This document shows, one piece after another, positions 61,090 to 64,000 of a stretch of 64,000 bases of DNA (position 1 is the stretch's first letter; every line of letters begins with the position of its first letter). The DNA comes from the human T2T-CHM13v2.0 reference genome, Homo sapiens. A program made the position numbers and the translations under genes. The stretch is from assembly GCF_009914755.1 (NCBI RefSeq), contig NC_060929.1; one strand, given 5' to 3'. The notes beneath the pieces are model-generated. The model had not been told where the DNA came from. It saw only the letters and a list, made by a program, of their open reading frames with translations, and did no database searches.

Positions 61090-61166
61090 CTTGCGCGGGC
61101 CGACCTTTACTATCCCGGAAGTACTTTTCCTCCTAATTTCCGGCACGTGAAACGCGGGGGCGTGGC
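61082..61166. promoter_or_regulatory. Core promoter motif cluster: YY1, ETS/GABP x2, E-box, GC box
   Basis: GCCGCCATCTTG (YY1) 61082-61093 overlapping the ATG; CCGGAAGT 61115-61122; TTCCGG 61138-61143; CACGTG 61144-61149; GGGGGCGTGGC 61156-61166. Confidence 0.75.
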
Positions 61167-61798
61167 TAAGGGAGGGAAGGGTAATTTGGGGGCTCTTGAG
61201 AGATGAGAGAAACAACGACTGGAGGGATTAAGAAGAACTCTTAGGAGCAGCTTGGCCTAAAGGGTAAGAGTTGTGTGCCTTAAGTCAGACCCACCAGTAA
61301 TTCTTCAAATATTAATATTTATTAGATCCCTAGAGTGTTCCAAACCCTTTGAACATTAAATCTGTGTGATGCCTAAATTAACCTGTTTGTAAAACAGGGA
61401 TGACCCAGTATTTACAAGATTGTGGTATTTACAATGTCGGAGAGAAAGAACTTGGCACACAGGAGGCACTCAGTAATTGTTCAACCCCTTCTCCCATGTA
61501 TGTGGCCTCTGCCTGCCTTTCCAGCCTCAACCTGTTCTCACCCTCATGTTCACTGGCACAACCCTGCTTAAAAGTTACAGTATTTCTGAACGTCAGGTAA
61601 ATTGTGCCCACCTTCAGTGCTGGTCCTTCAATCTGGAATATCTTTCTTCCCTATGCAGCTGCTCCCTCAAAAATGAGCTTAACTCACCTTCCCTGTGATG
61701 TTTTTACAAAGTTAGGAGCTCTGGGTTCTTGTAGCCCCTTGTGCATATTTGAATTGTAGCTTCTCTCCCTAGCTACAGACCTTTTGCCTTTCACAGAA

Positions 61799-61972
61799 GA
61801 GGGCTAGCTTCATAGGTTTGGGACCTGTGCAGCCACACAAGGCTCTGTGCTTAAAAAGGCTCCTCATTTGGCTGATGCTCTTCCGTCACTGTCTTGAAAT
61901 TCTTAAGTTTTGAACAAGGGGCTCTGCATTTTTATTTTGGACTGGGCCCCTCAAATCATGTAGCTCGTCATG
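61799..61972 (+). mobile_element. MER45A-like hAT-Tip100 MITE
   Basis: gggctagcttcatagg...gacctgtgcagccacacaagg...gtcttgaaattctt...ttttgaacaagggg...ctgggcccctcaaatcatgtagc. Confidence 0.75.
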
Positions 61973-64000
61973 TCTGTGGGCCTAATGAGCACAGACTAAA
62001 TGTTTCTTGACGTTAAACCTGACAGTTTCTCAGAAAAACTATTAAAGAGGAAATTTTGGTCTTGGAAATGCTATGATCCAAACATATGACTGGGTCTCAG
62101 AGTTAGAACTTGGGTGCTGGGTCTTTTTTCTAGAAGGCACAGTAGTCTTTCTGGGACACCCTCGCAGTCATGCCTCTGAGTTCTTTCCTCTATTCCACTG
62201 AGATGGTCGGATCTTCTTAACTAAAACTCAAAAGAAACCTCTGCAACTTTTCGTAAAATTACTATTCAACAAATATTTGCTAGGCACTCCCTTACTGTTT
62301 ACATAATCATTCAAATTACAGTGCCAGCCTGCTAAAGTCTTTTTTACATGTTTCAAAACCAAGAGTTCTAAGAAATGAAAAAGAGATATGTCAGAAATGA
62401 GAATTCATTAATAATAACTGTATAATTGGAAAATGCATAACATATGTACCATTAAAACTGTCGAAACATTTATTGAGCAGCTCCTATGTCTTAGACATCA
62501 TAAGGTTCTGGAACAATACAGAAATATATAAAACATGAATTCTGTCCTCGGGAGTTTACAGTGCACAAAGGAGATATACACACACCAAGGTGTAACAAGT
62601 CAGATAATCACGAGTAGGGTTAGAAATATAAGCAAAATACTACAGAAACACAAAGGAGGGACAGTGCATCCTCTGTGTGATCAGTGGAGACTATCTGTTG
62701 AGTCTTCAGTATAAAGAAAGTAAAGTAATTCAACTTTCAGATTGTAATGGAACCTCCCTGTTTTGAGGGTTAGAAATGTCAAACCATAGACTGACAAAGG
62801 CAAGGCAGGGGGAAAGAAAATCCTAAGCCATAAAGCTGAGGGTCCATATACTACATTCAGGCATTTAAAACAATCATACAGAAAGAATGTGGATTTCCTG
62901 AGCCTTGTTTGTAGCAGGACTGAGAGGAGTGAATGAACATTCTTAGTGGACACATAACACAGTTACTCAGTTTGGCCTTCTTCCGTACTGCTGCTACTAC
63001 ATACAGTGATTTCATTTGCATTAAAGAGAAATTAAATCTCTTCCCTTAGTGTTGAATTGAGACAGAATAGCATGTCATTGCATCTGATGAAAGAATCCTT
63101 ACACACAGGTTTATTAGTGCATAGATAATAGCAATCTTTTATTGCTGCAGTTCCTCTTGAGAGTCTGTATCTGTTAGATTGAATTTAAAAAACTCTAACA
63201 TAGCTGATTGCACAAACAGGCTGAATACTGTTCCAGAGAACCACACAGAAAATTGAAGCCTTCAGAAATTATGCCTGGTATGGTTAGTTGGCTCCTGTGC
63301 CTTTTCCTGGCTGTTTTAGAGTATTGTTCAGAGTTCATCTAAATCATAACTTCAGATTCCTACCGGGAAGAATACTGTCTGCAAAACATCCATGTTTGTG
63401 TGGGATGGCCTGAATCACAGCTTTATAATGAGTATCCCAGACAGTGTTTTCCCCAAAAAAGAAATCTTATTTTTCAAAAGATGATCATTAAGAATGGTTT
63501 CATCTGGTGATAGTCATCTGAACTCAGGCAACCTGACCTTGGCATCCATACCCATCCTTCATGTGTTTCTTAACTTGGGAGCCACAGTGCAAGGTTTGTT
63601 AGGCTCTTTTTGTCTGGGTGATTAAGAATCTGGGAAATGGTGCTGTTGGGAAAGATGAAAGGTTTGTGACAAATGATGGTACAGTATATGGTCCCTTATG
63701 GGAAAATTAAATTGTAAAGTCTTAAATATCCCTTTGAACTTGAAGATTCTGTAATTTGTGTTCAGATATAAAATCCTTAAGGAGGGGAAAGAACAAACAC
63801 TGAATAGAAAAAAGGAGAGCTGAGTTCTTGACTTGGCCTCTGATTAGCCATATGCGCTTGGGCCAATCATTTTACATTGATACCTCTGCTCATTCATTTA
63901 TAAAGCAAAAGTTCTTTTATCTCTGAGATGCTATCATTTTATGTGTAATGAACATTTAATAATTTCTGACATTTATGGAGCAATTTCTACATGCCAGAAG

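Larger units (their letters stand above)
60630..61170. promoter_or_regulatory. CpG island / TATA-less promoter of MTX3
   Basis: Only dense CpG/GC-rich block in the window; spans exon 1 and 5' part of intron 1. Confidence 0.9.

Noticed and set aside
61090-61215. In-frame N-terminal extension of MTX3 in ORF 60484..61215
   Set aside because: Starts at a non-ATG codon within the promoter motifs, probably upstream of the TSS; the metaxin-like sequence starts at the strong-context ATG 61089
61300-64000. THBS4 coding exons
   Set aside because: No thrombospondin-like translation found; region appears non-coding with MIR, L2 and MER45 fragments

Overview
Human (primate) genomic DNA, recognised as the MTX3 locus (chr5q14.1, from recall). 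The only protein-coding gene I can support is MTX3 (metaxin-3) on the minus strand. I reconstructed its 9 coding exons by hand from ATG 61089 to TGA 53535; all introns are GT-AG, and the CDS is 939 nt = 312 aa + stop. It has a ~7 kb 3' UTR (distal AATAAA at 46595-46600) and a CpG-island promoter with YY1/ETS/E-box/GC-box motifs that looks bidirectional (probably shared with THBS4). Positions 1-46500 are intergenic and repeat-rich: many Alus, solo ERV1/ERVL/MaLR LTRs, L2, MIR, old L1, hAT elements and microsatellites. Nearly all ORF-track entries are Alu-derived or chance ORFs. I found no convincing new biological system. The best leads are a ~43-bp Alu-flanking duplication that creates a decoy splice acceptor, an exon-8 splice switch removing a PxLPPR tail, inverted Alus around exons 7-8, a ~625-bp local duplication, and a candidate divergent first exon. 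Repeat family names are from visual recognition only and need RepeatMasker/Dfam confirmation.
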